Assembly (NCBI GenBank): GCA_049969855.1 | Contig: JBMFOB010000002.1 | Coordinates: 38,456-102,455 of the forward strand | Source of the DNA: Candidatus Bathyarchaeia archaeon | Lineage (GTDB): Archaea > Thermoproteota > Bathyarchaeia > Bathyarchaeales > Bathycorpusculaceae | Reading direction: 5' to 3' | DNA: 64,000 nucleotides | Part shown: positions 9,723 to 18,932 of the stretch, in pieces | Position numbering within the stretch: the stretch's first letter is position 1 | Layout of the letters: every line of letters begins with the position of its first letter | Notes under the pieces: model-generated | The model's database searches: none | What the model saw: only the letters and a program-made list of their open reading frames with translations | What the model was told of the DNA's origin: nothing | Program-made: the position numbers and the translations under genes

Positions 9723-10232
9723 GTGAAAACAGAATTATGCAGTTTCTGTTTAAAGAGCGGGATACTGTGCCAAAAGTGTTTAGCTAAAGTTAAGTCTGGC
9801 GAAATAACAGAATTAGATTTGAAAATTGCCCGTTTGTTGTTGGCTTTAGAGGAAAAGTATCCTTCCCTTCAGAATGTTTATTTTCATAAGGCTGTTGATG
9901 CCGACAAAACTTTGGCAGTAATCGTTGGACCAGGCGATGTTCCCCGTCTTTTAGGTTATGGCGGCAAAATAATAAAGGCATTGGGCGAAGAAGTTGGCAG
10001 AAGTATTCGTGTTTTGGAGTATGGGGTTGATGATAGGAAATTTTTGGAGGATTTGTTTGCGCCTCTGAGCATAGTGACTATTAACACTATTTGGCTGCCT
10101 GATGGAACCACTGAAACCAGGGTAATCCTAAAAAAGAGGCGTGGTTCGCAGCCGCCTTTTGATGTAAAAGCTTTAAAGGAGATTGCTCGTAAAGTTCGCA
10201 ACATAACTTTGCGAGTTGAATTTGCAGATTAG
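9723..10232 (+). CDS. Archaeal NusA-like KH-domain protein
   Basis: CSFCLKSGILCQKC zinc motif, LLGYGGKIIK KH loop. Confidence 0.8.
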   Translation: MKTELCSFCLKSGILCQKCLAKVKSGEITELDLKIARLLLALEEKYPSLQNVYFHKAVDADKTLAVIVGPGDVPRLLGYGGKIIKALGEEVGRSIRVLEYGVDDRKFLEDLFAPLSIVTINTIWLPDGTTETRVILKKRRGSQPPFDVKALKEIARKVRNITLRVEFAD

Positions 10233-10249
10233 AGGTTTGGCGATAAGCT

Positions 10250-11569
10250 ATGAAGTTGGATTCCATTGGTGATTGGCGTAGGACGCATTATTCGGTTGAT
10301 GTTAAACCTGAAATGGATGGTTTAGAAGTTACGCTTTTCGGTTGGGTTCAAGAGATTAGGGATTTGGGTGGAATCCGCTTTATAATATTGCAGGATAGAG
10401 AAGGCACAATTCAAGTTACTATTCCACGGAAAAAGGTTACGAGCGAAGTTTTATCGAAATCTGATGTTTTGCAGAAAAGGTATAGCATAGGCGTGAAGGG
10501 AACTGTGAAGAAAACTGAAGTAACCCCAAGAGGAGTCGAAGTTATACCGAAGGAGATTAAAATTTTCGGCACAGCTGCTCCTCAATTACCCATCGACATT
10601 ACTGGAAAGACGCCTGCAAGTTTGGAAACGCGGTTGGATGCCAGAGCCTTAGACCTTTGTCAAGACAAAAATTTGGCAGTTTTCAAAATTCAACACACAG
10701 CGGTAGAAGCCATTCGAAATTTCCTATTTGAGAGAGGCTTCATAGAAGTGCATACGCCACGGATTATTGCCTCCGCAACTGAAGGCGGCGCAGCCCTTTT
10801 CCCAGTTGATTATTTTGGCAGAAAGACTTTTCTCGCCCAAAGTCCGCAATTGTATAAAGAACAACTTGTCATGAGTCTTGAAAAAGTTTTTGAAGTGGGT
10901 CCATTTTTTAGGGCTGAAGAATCTCATACAAGATTTCACACCAGCGAGTTCGTTTCAATTGATATCGAGCAAGCTTTTGCGAATGCTGAAGATGTAATGC
11001 AACTGCTTGAAAAGTTGATACAGCATGTTTGCAAAGTTGTAAATGAAAAATGCAGGAAAGAGTTGGCTTTGCTTAAGCATAAAATTGAGGTTCCAACGGT
11101 TCCGTTTAAACGTTTGACTTACGATGAGGTTCTCCAAGAGTTAAAAAGTGAAGGAGTAAACATTCCATGGGGAGAAGACATTCCAACTCCAGCCCTAAGA
11201 ACTCTCGGCAAAATTCACCCATACTTTTACTTCATAATTGACTGGCCCACCCACTCCAAAGCCTTCTACATAAAGCCCCGTGATGATAATCCGGAAATTT
11301 GCGAAGGCTTTGATTTGATGTGGCGTTGGCTTGAGCTTGTTTCTGGTGGCACAAGGATTGCAATAAAAGAGCTGTTAATAAAGCGTTTACAAGAGAAGGG
11401 GTTAAACCCAGAAGCGTTCAAGTTTCATTTGCAGGCTTTTGATTATGGTATGCCTCCGCATGCTGGTTGGGCTATTGGCTTGGAACGTTTAACTATGATG
11501 TTGACTGGTAAAAGGAACATTAGAGAAGTGACGCTTTATCCGAGGGACAAGTTTAGAGTAACCCCATAA
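10250..11569 (+). CDS. aspS: Aspartyl-tRNA synthetase, probably non-discriminating Asp/Asn
   Basis: GWVQEIRDLGG, LAQSPQLYK, FRAE, GMPPHAGWAIGLER; Pro in the L1 loop (TPRG). Confidence 0.95.
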   Translation: MKLDSIGDWRRTHYSVDVKPEMDGLEVTLFGWVQEIRDLGGIRFIILQDREGTIQVTIPRKKVTSEVLSKSDVLQKRYSIGVKGTVKKTEVTPRGVEVIPKEIKIFGTAAPQLPIDITGKTPASLETRLDARALDLCQDKNLAVFKIQHTAVEAIRNFLFERGFIEVHTPRIIASATEGGAALFPVDYFGRKTFLAQSPQLYKEQLVMSLEKVFEVGPFFRAEESHTRFHTSEFVSIDIEQAFANAEDVMQLLEKLIQHVCKVVNEKCRKELALLKHKIEVPTVPFKRLTYDEVLQELKSEGVNIPWGEDIPTPALRTLGKIHPYFYFIIDWPTHSKAFYIKPRDDNPEICEGFDLMWRWLELVSGGTRIAIKELLIKRLQEKGLNPEAFKFHLQAFDYGMPPHAGWAIGLERLTMMLTGKRNIREVTLYPRDKFRVTP

Positions 11570-11709
11570 AATTCTCCATACTTTTGGAGCTTTTCTTTTC
11601 CAATAGAACCCTACCCTCTCTAGGATTTTTCTGGTTTTATCTTATAGAAGCATCCTACAGAATGGATAAAGAGGTGTCTGCGAATTATCTATAGTGGAGG
11701 AAGGAAAGC

Positions 11710-12147
11710 GTGAAGAAAAAATATTCCTTGTTGTCTCTTGCCATAGTTGCCTTGTTTCTCACCATTAGCCTTTCAACAATACGTTCAGAAGAAACGCAGT
11801 GGCTTTGTTTTGCATGCGAAGACGGCGGCGTTGTTGACAAAGTACCATGTGAAGCTTTCACAGTGAAAATAGCTTTCAAAAACACTGGCAAATGTGAAGG
11901 CACATGGTCTATTAACATAGCCTTTGAAGGCGAAGCTTGGACTTGGAGTGGGACACCGCAAACATTAACTCTTAAACCGTGTAAAACAAAAACTTTGACA
12001 TGGAATGGAACTGTTCCATGTGACGCTCCAATAAATTCCGTAGCACGCTTAATAGTTTATTACAATGATTCTTTTGTGGCGCTGAACTGGTGGGTTCACA
12101 TAATTTCTGGAGCGGAACTGGCAATAACCTCAAGCACTGTGGAATAA
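11710..12147 (+). CDS. Secreted Ig-like beta-sandwich protein
   Basis: Signal peptide; FKNTG and LTLKP..TKTLTW CARDB/NEW3-like pattern. Confidence 0.65.
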   Translation: MKKKYSLLSLAIVALFLTISLSTIRSEETQWLCFACEDGGVVDKVPCEAFTVKIAFKNTGKCEGTWSINIAFEGEAWTWSGTPQTLTLKPCKTKTLTWNGTVPCDAPINSVARLIVYYNDSFVALNWWVHIISGAELAITSSTVE

Positions 12148-12273
12148 AGCAGCAGCAATGCAACAATCGCTTCGCATCGGTTCTGTAAAATTTAACATAT
12201 TTTTTAGTTAAAAATGTCATAAAAACTGATAAACACCAACTTCTCTATTCGCAACAAGAGGAGAAAAACCAAA

Positions 12274-13761
12274 ATGGGCTGCGGAGTATTTGGAGCAATA
12301 AACTTCGAAGAACAGCCCATATTCCCATACATATACTGGGGCATGAGAGCCCAAAACCACAGGGGACACCAATCTCACGGATTCCTAACATTTGATAATG
12401 GAAAGTTCCACGTTCACAGAAGCCTAGACCTCATACCAAAAATAAAAACAAGCGCCATCCAAGAATGGTTTGGGCGTTTACCAGGGCGTGTGGGCATAGC
12501 AAATGTTAGATACACAACTTCTGGAAAATGCGACGAAAAATCGTTAATAAAGGGTACTCAACCTGTAACAGTCTCAAAAAACGGATTGGAATTGGCTGTT
12601 TCCTTTAATGGTAACGTTGTCAATGTATTCCAAGTTAAAGAGGAAATAAGCAAATATTTCCCGAAATTTTCCTATGAATGTGACGCCGACCTCATCTCCC
12701 ACAAACTCCTTATAGAATTATTAAAGAAAAAAGACATTGCATCAGCAGCAAAAACATGCATGAAAGAAATTGAAGGTGCCTTTTCAGTGGCTGGCATAAC
12801 AAAAAACGGCGAATTTTTCGCCTTCAAAGACCCAAATGGAATAAGACCATTGTGCGCTGGACACAGCGAAGACAAAACAACATACGCCTTCTCCTCAGAA
12901 ACCGTGGGTTTAGACATAAACGGCTTCAAAAAAGCCTTTGAAATTGAGCCAGGCGAACTCGTAACCATTTCAAAGGATGGATTTCAAAGAGAGAAATTAG
13001 TGAATGGAGGCTGCAAGGCTTTCTGCGCCTTTGAATTTGCATATTTCGCCAGACCAGACTCATGTTTTGACGACAGATATGTTTATGAAGTCAGAGAGGA
13101 GTTCGGAAGAAATCTTGTTAGAGAAAACCCAGAGATAGCCAAAAACGCAGACATAGTCATCTCCATTCCAGAAACAGGCGACGACGCAGCCTTTGGAGTT
13201 CATGAAGAATCTGGCTTAAAATGGGAAAGGGCTTCACGAAGGCATCGTTTCGTAACTGAGAGAGCCTTCATTTTGCTGAATAGGGAGCGTTATGCAACCA
13301 TAGACCGCAAAATTAACATTATAGCCTCAAAAGTTAATGGAAAACGTGTCATAGTCACAGAAGACAGCATCGTGCGCGGCGACACAACAAAAATTGTTAT
13401 AGAGAAACTCCGCAGAATGGGAGCAAAAAAGGTTTACCTTTTCGTAACTTTTCCACGCATAATTGGACCATGCTTCTATGGAATAGACATGGCAACATAC
13501 GGTCAACTAATAGGCTCTAAACATACGGCTGAAGAAATAGCAAAAATAATAGGTGCAGACGCAGTCTGCTACCAGTCCATAGATGGTTTCGTAAAAGCCA
13601 CGGGATTCCGCCGTGACCAACTTTGTTTAGCATGCGTAACTGGCAAATATCCAACACCACTGGCACAAAAAATAGCAGATGAGATGAAAAAGAAATTCCT
13701 TGAAGGCTACGAGGAAAAGGGAAGGCTTTACGAGATAGCTGAAGCCGTCCAAAAAGCCTAG
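12274..13761 (+). CDS. purF: Amidophosphoribosyltransferase
   Basis: CGVFG, NHRG, VRYTTSG, NGN, CAFEFAYFARPDS, EDSIVRGDT, CFYGID. Confidence 0.93.
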   Translation: MGCGVFGAINFEEQPIFPYIYWGMRAQNHRGHQSHGFLTFDNGKFHVHRSLDLIPKIKTSAIQEWFGRLPGRVGIANVRYTTSGKCDEKSLIKGTQPVTVSKNGLELAVSFNGNVVNVFQVKEEISKYFPKFSYECDADLISHKLLIELLKKKDIASAAKTCMKEIEGAFSVAGITKNGEFFAFKDPNGIRPLCAGHSEDKTTYAFSSETVGLDINGFKKAFEIEPGELVTISKDGFQREKLVNGGCKAFCAFEFAYFARPDSCFDDRYVYEVREEFGRNLVRENPEIAKNADIVISIPETGDDAAFGVHEESGLKWERASRRHRFVTERAFILLNRERYATIDRKINIIASKVNGKRVIVTEDSIVRGDTTKIVIEKLRRMGAKKVYLFVTFPRIIGPCFYGIDMATYGQLIGSKHTAEEIAKIIGADAVCYQSIDGFVKATGFRRDQLCLACVTGKYPTPLAQKIADEMKKKFLEGYEEKGRLYEIAEAVQKA

Positions 13762-13816
13762 CGCCAAAAATAAAATAGGCTTCAAACTTACTTCCATAAC
13801 TAAAGGGACGCATGAC

Positions 13817-15226
13817 ATGGAGAAAGTTGGCATACTCGTGGTTTCTTATGGCGCAAGAGAAGTAGCCATGATAGACGCTTTTACACGCAGCACAAAATAT
13901 GATGTGAAAGTTTATGTTGTTGATAAACAACGCAACCCCTTCAACGTCAAAAAAGCAGCAGAGCACGTTGTCGTGCCAGACTTAAATGTTGATGAAATAT
14001 GCAAGTTTGCAGAAAACAATAAGGATGAGATCGCCTTTGGCATAGTTGGACCAGAAAAACCAATAATTGAAGGCGTCCGCGACCTATTGGAAAAGCGGAC
14101 TGGCATACCCATCATTTGTCCAAAAAAGGAATATGCCATAGAAGCAAGCAAAGTGCAGCAGCGCTTATTATTCCAAAAAATAGTGCCAGAAGTGAATCCA
14201 CGCTTCAAAATTTTCAACCCAAAAGATTACAAAAGCCAAGAAGATGCGAAGAAGGCTGTTTACAAATGGCTGGATGAGCTTGGGGATATGGCTGTTGTTA
14301 AACCAGACCAGCCAGCAGCAGGAAAAGGCGTTGGCGTTTGGGGAGACCATTTTACAACCCGCGAGGAATTGTTTGAGCATTTTATGGCAAATTTCCAGCA
14401 TGGCTCAGTAATAATTGAAGAAAAAATCGATGGCGAAGAATCGAGTTTTCAAGCCTTCTGTGATGGCAAACACTTGGTGCCCTTACCAGAAACGAGGGAT
14501 TATAAGCGAGCCTTTGACGGTGACAAGGGTCCGAACACTGGTGGAATGGGTTCTTATAAGAATGTTGGCGATGTTTTGCCCTTTATGACTGATGCTGATA
14601 GGGCTAGGGAAGTTGAGATTGTTAAGCGAATCTTTGAAAAGTGGGAGGTTAAAGATAAAAGCGGCTTAAGGGGTATCCCGTTCTATGTGGCTTTCATGCA
14701 CACAAGCGAAGAACCAAAAATCCTTGAGAACAACAGCAGACCCGGAGACCCAGAAATAATCAACATATTGCCAATTTTAAAGGATGATTTTGTGGACATT
14801 TGCTTCAAAATTTTGGAAGGAAACCTAACAAAAATCGAATTAGAAAAAACTGCAACAGTCGTAACCTACAAGGTTCCACCAAACTACGGCGGATACATTG
14901 ATGCTTTTCCACAACTTGTGGACAAGAACGAAATTGGCACACCAGTCAACCTAACAGAAGCTTACGAACTAACAAAAAAGTATGGTGAAAAAATCAGCAT
15001 CTACCCAGCATCCATGGAACTCCGCAACAACGAAACCTACGCTCTCAAATCTAGAGCTGTTGGCGTTGTGGGCATAGGCGAAAACATAGAGGCTGCTAGA
15101 AGAGTTTCTTGGGAAGGCATAAAAGCCATTAAAGGCGGAGCATTGTGGCATAGGAAAGACATAGCCTCAAAAAGGCATATAACAAAAAGCATTAAGCATA
15201 TGAAGCGTTTGAGGCTTAAAAAGTGA
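13817..15226 (+). CDS. purD: Phosphoribosylamine-glycine ligase (archaeal type)
   Basis: GPEKP, EASK, KP...AAGKGV, IEEK..GEE, DYKRAFDGDKGPNTGGMGS, NSRPGDPE. Confidence 0.88.
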   Translation: MEKVGILVVSYGAREVAMIDAFTRSTKYDVKVYVVDKQRNPFNVKKAAEHVVVPDLNVDEICKFAENNKDEIAFGIVGPEKPIIEGVRDLLEKRTGIPIICPKKEYAIEASKVQQRLLFQKIVPEVNPRFKIFNPKDYKSQEDAKKAVYKWLDELGDMAVVKPDQPAAGKGVGVWGDHFTTREELFEHFMANFQHGSVIIEEKIDGEESSFQAFCDGKHLVPLPETRDYKRAFDGDKGPNTGGMGSYKNVGDVLPFMTDADRAREVEIVKRIFEKWEVKDKSGLRGIPFYVAFMHTSEEPKILENNSRPGDPEIINILPILKDDFVDICFKILEGNLTKIELEKTATVVTYKVPPNYGGYIDAFPQLVDKNEIGTPVNLTEAYELTKKYGEKISIYPASMELRNNETYALKSRAVGVVGIGENIEAARRVSWEGIKAIKGGALWHRKDIASKRHITKSIKHMKRLRLKK

Positions 15227-16305
15227 AAAGAGTTTTCATATCAGACTGTGAAGGACCAATCTCAAAAAATGATAATGCCTTTGAAATAACATCCCATTAC
15301 GTTCCACACGGCGACAAACTTTTCACGGTAATAAGTAAATATGACGATGTTTTGGCAGAAGTCCTAAAAAGACCAAATTATAAGGCTGGAGACACTTTAA
15401 AACTTATACTGCCTTTCTTGAAGGCTTATGATGTTACAGACGCCAAAATGCGGGAATTTTCTGCCAAAAGCCTACTTTTAATTGCTAATGTTAAGGATAT
15501 GCTGTCACATGTGAGAAATGCAGCCCACGCTTTTATCGTTAGCACAAGCTATCAGCATTACATAGAGGCTTTATGTCAAGCCTTGAATTTTCCATACGAG
15601 AACACCTACTGCACAAGGCTATGCCTTGACAAATACCCCATAACCGAGAAAGAAAGAAGTGAACTGAAAGAATTGGCGAGAGAAATTGCAGAAATGCCCC
15701 TAATTAAAATCCCACCAAACGCAAAAACCATGAGCGACTTTTCCAAAAAAGACCAAGAGTTAATTGATCGGCTGGACGAAATTTTCTGGAATACCATAAC
15801 AAAAATGGACATTGGCAAAATTTTCTCCGAAGTTAATCCAGTTGGAGGAAGCGAGAAAGCCGAAGCCGTGAAAGATGCAGCTAAAAAGGTTGGTGTTGAG
15901 CTAAGCGATGTGATGTATGTGGGCGACAGCATAACAGATGTAGAAGCATTTAGGCTTGTGAAACAAAATGGCGGCTTAGCCGTCTCCTTCAATGGTAACG
16001 AGTATGCCGTAAGAAATGCTGAAATTGCCATACTATCCGAAAATAGCATAGCCACTGCGATAATTGCAGAATTATTTAGCAAATTTGGGAAACAAGAAAC
16101 CCTAAAGATTGTTGAAAATTGGAGTCATGAAACACTAAAGAAAAGCTCCATAAACCAGACATTACTTAACAACCTTTCCGGTTTGTATCCTAAAAAATTG
16201 CCCAAAGTTAAAATAATAACAAAAGAGAATATGAAGACTCTGGCAAAAGAAAGTAGCAAATTCAGAAAAAGGGTTAGAGGCGAAGCCATAGGAAGGCTGG
16301 GATAA
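15223..16305 (+). CDS. HAD-superfamily hydrolase, EhaR-like
   Basis: DCEGP motif I, STS motif II, K motif III, GDSITD motif IV; GTGA overlap with purD. Confidence 0.82.
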   Translation: MKRVFISDCEGPISKNDNAFEITSHYVPHGDKLFTVISKYDDVLAEVLKRPNYKAGDTLKLILPFLKAYDVTDAKMREFSAKSLLLIANVKDMLSHVRNAAHAFIVSTSYQHYIEALCQALNFPYENTYCTRLCLDKYPITEKERSELKELAREIAEMPLIKIPPNAKTMSDFSKKDQELIDRLDEIFWNTITKMDIGKIFSEVNPVGGSEKAEAVKDAAKKVGVELSDVMYVGDSITDVEAFRLVKQNGGLAVSFNGNEYAVRNAEIAILSENSIATAIIAELFSKFGKQETLKIVENWSHETLKKSSINQTLLNNLSGLYPKKLPKVKIITKENMKTLAKESSKFRKRVRGEAIGRLG

Positions 16306-16306
16306 A

Positions 16307-17218
16307 ATGGTAAAGAAGGCTGAAGTTGAAGACGCTTATGCAGAGGCCTTTGAAGGAATATTCACCAGAATAATAGTTACCGCTGATGGTGAAGAAACAC
16401 TACGAAAAGCAGCAGAAGACGCAACAGCAACACCATCCATAGTCATTGGCAGAGTTGAAGGAGGAATAGAAAAATGGCTAAGCAAAAAAGAAACCCCAGA
16501 CAAACGCCAAGGCGCTTTGCTCCAGTTTTGGGGTGGAATAGACCCAAAAAAGCCCTTTTCAGACTCTGTTAAAAAATTTGAGGTTGAGCTTTCCTACAGA
16601 ATCCGCCAAGACATTCTCGTTAAACCTTTTACGGCAGTTTTTGACGCAACGCAAAAGGCTGAAGGGAAAATTGACATGATGGAGCGTGTAGGACATTGCG
16701 GAGATGGTTATGAGTGGGTTGAAAAACGTTTTGGACGCGAAGTTATTGTCGTTCCCATAATGGTTCCGGACTTCATTATCGAACGCTATTTAGGCTATGC
16801 CCATGGAGTTATGGGTGCGAATTTTTGGGTTATGTGCAAAACAAAAGAAGCCTTGAAAAAGGCTGGAGAAAAAGCCTTAGAAGCAATTCACAAAATTGAT
16901 GGTGTAATAACGCCTTTTGATGTTTGTTCTGCGGGTTCTAAGCCTGAAACAAGTTTTCCATGGATTGGACCGACAACAAACCATCCATACTGTCCGTCCC
17001 TAAAAAAGAAGTTAGGCAAAGAATCTAAAGTTCCCGAAGGCGTCAACTACATTCCAGAAATCGTAATCAATGGGGTTTCACTGGAAGCTGTGAAAAAGGC
17101 TATGCGGGCTGGCATAGACGCAGCATTAGGCGTTGAGGGTGTTGTGAAGGTTTCTGCTGGAAATTATGGTGGAAAACTTGGCAATTATAAGATTTATTTG
17201 CGTGAGCTGTTTTCATGA
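16307..17218 (+). CDS. Formylmethanofuran:H4MPT formyltransferase-like protein (EhaS/Ftr-II type)
   Basis: [45 protein letters not shown]; divergent [12 protein letters not shown] instead of canonical RIGQCVMT.PT. Confidence 0.88.
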   Translation: MVKKAEVEDAYAEAFEGIFTRIIVTADGEETLRKAAEDATATPSIVIGRVEGGIEKWLSKKETPDKRQGALLQFWGGIDPKKPFSDSVKKFEVELSYRIRQDILVKPFTAVFDATQKAEGKIDMMERVGHCGDGYEWVEKRFGREVIVVPIMVPDFIIERYLGYAHGVMGANFWVMCKTKEALKKAGEKALEAIHKIDGVITPFDVCSAGSKPETSFPWIGPTTNHPYCPSLKKKLGKESKVPEGVNYIPEIVINGVSLEAVKKAMRAGIDAALGVEGVVKVSAGNYGGKLGNYKIYLRELFS

Positions 17219-18129
17219 ACACTTTTGACGTTATAGGATTCGGCGCCTTAAACGTCGACAAACTTTTCAAAGTGAATAAAATAGCTGGGGCTGAAGAAGA
17301 AGGCTTCATTATGAACTGTGAAGAATGGTGTGGGGGCTCAGCGGCAAACACTATCGTCGGCTTGGCAAAGCTAGGTTGCAAAGTTGGTTTTATAGGAAAA
17401 ATAGCCAAGGATAGGGAAGGAAAAATGCTCATTGAAGATTTTCGTAAGGAAGGCGTTGACACAAACGGCATAGTCTACGCAAAAGGTGGCAGAAGCGGAA
17501 CAGTCATGGGTTTCGTGGATGAAAAGGGCGAAAGAGCCTTATATGTGGACCCAGGCGTGAACGATACGATAGAGTTTAACGAAATAAGCAAGGATTACGC
17601 TTTTAGCACGCAATTTTTGCATTTAAGCTCCTTTGTTGGAGAAAAGTCCTTCCAAACCCAAAAAAGGCTTGTTGAAATATTGCCCGAAAATGTTAAGGTA
17701 AGCCTTGACCCTGGAGAATTATACGCCAGAAAAGGACTAGCCGCGTTAGAGCCCATGATAAAGCGCACTTTTGTTTTGATGCCAAATCAAAGAGAACTCC
17801 AACTTCTAACCAAAGCGAAAGATTACAAAAAAGGCGCTGAGGTTCTGCTTGAAAATGGCGTTAAAATAGTTGCTGTAAAACTTGGCAATAAAGGCTGTTA
17901 TGTTACGGATGGAAAGGAAAACCACCAGATAAACCGCTTTAACGTAAAAGTTGTTGACACCACGGGTGCTGGTGATGCCTTCTGTGCAGGCTTCCTATAC
18001 GGCTTAATTAATGGTAAAAGTTTGTACGAATGCGGAAGGCTGGGTAATTTTGTAGCTTCAAGGTGCATAATGAAAATGGGTGCCAGAACAGGACTTCCAC
18101 ACATTGAAGATTTAAAGCTTCTTCGTTAA
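17215..18129 (+). CDS. PfkB/ribokinase-family kinase, EhaT-like
   Basis: [18 protein letters not shown]; ATGA overlap with the ftr-like gene. Confidence 0.9.
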   Translation: MNTFDVIGFGALNVDKLFKVNKIAGAEEEGFIMNCEEWCGGSAANTIVGLAKLGCKVGFIGKIAKDREGKMLIEDFRKEGVDTNGIVYAKGGRSGTVMGFVDEKGERALYVDPGVNDTIEFNEISKDYAFSTQFLHLSSFVGEKSFQTQKRLVEILPENVKVSLDPGELYARKGLAALEPMIKRTFVLMPNQRELQLLTKAKDYKKGAEVLLENGVKIVAVKLGNKGCYVTDGKENHQINRFNVKVVDTTGAGDAFCAGFLYGLINGKSLYECGRLGNFVASRCIMKMGARTGLPHIEDLKLLR

Positions 18130-18930
18130 GTATTCAATTAAACTTTCAAAGATTAGTTTTCCATCGCCATATTGGGGCATTTGCTTTTGTCTTGTCCAGT
18201 CTGGCTGTTGCCACCAATAAAATGCTCTTTCTGGATGCGGCATCAAACCAAAAATTGTCCCTTCTGGATTGCATATTCCAGCTATGTCATGGAAAGAGCC
18301 ATTTGGGTTTGTTGGAAAACATCCATTAGCATATTCGCCACTTTTATCACAATAGCGGAAGACTAGTTGGTCATTGTCGTAAAGTCTTTCCAGAAACGGT
18401 TTTTCCTTTTCCTTTGCAAACATGAATCTGCCTTCTGAATGGGCAACGGGAATCCGCAAAACTTTTCCCTGAGGAATCTTCCAAGTAAATGCACATTTTC
18501 CCTTGTTTTCATGCCTAATGTAAATCCATCGACAATTATATCCAGGCGGAAAATTAGGCGCCAAAACCGCTTCAGGATAGGGACTTATTCCATCAAATCC
18601 CGGAAGAAAACCAGCCTCAACAAGCACTTGAAAGCCATTACAAATGCCAAGGATTAAGCGATTTTCATTAACGAAAACTTTAAGCTCCTTGCCCAACTTT
18701 GCCATAATCCACTTCGCCCATATGGCGCCAGCCCGCACATAATCCCCATAAGAGAAGCCTCCTGGAAAAACCAGAACATGATATTCCAAAAGGTTTCCGC
18801 GCTTAACCAATTCACTTGCATGCAAAATTTCAGTTTGAACACTCAACTCCTCAAAAGCCCGTTTTGTTTCTGCGTCGCAGTTTGTTCCGCCAACCCTTAA
18901 AACGCAGACTTTAATCTCTTCCCGTTTCAT
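18112..18930 (-). CDS. purQ: FGAM synthase glutaminase subunit
   Basis: GTNCD, PGGFSYGD, GICNGFQ, MPHPER. Confidence 0.96.
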   Translation of the reverse strand: MKREEIKVCVLRVGGTNCDAETKRAFEELSVQTEILHASELVKRGNLLEYHVLVFPGGFSYGDYVRAGAIWAKWIMAKLGKELKVFVNENRLILGICNGFQVLVEAGFLPGFDGISPYPEAVLAPNFPPGYNCRWIYIRHENKGKCAFTWKIPQGKVLRIPVAHSEGRFMFAKEKEKPFLERLYDNDQLVFRYCDKSGEYANGCFPTNPNGSFHDIAGICNPEGTIFGLMPHPERAFYWWQQPDWTRQKQMPQYGDGKLIFESLIEYLTKKL

Positions 18931-18932
18931 GC

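Noticed and set aside
16307-17218. Evidence of methanogenesis or a hydrogenase from the Ftr/Eha-like genes
   Set aside because: Divergent Ftr subtype in a purine context; no fwd, mch, mtr, mcr or hydrogenase genes in the window
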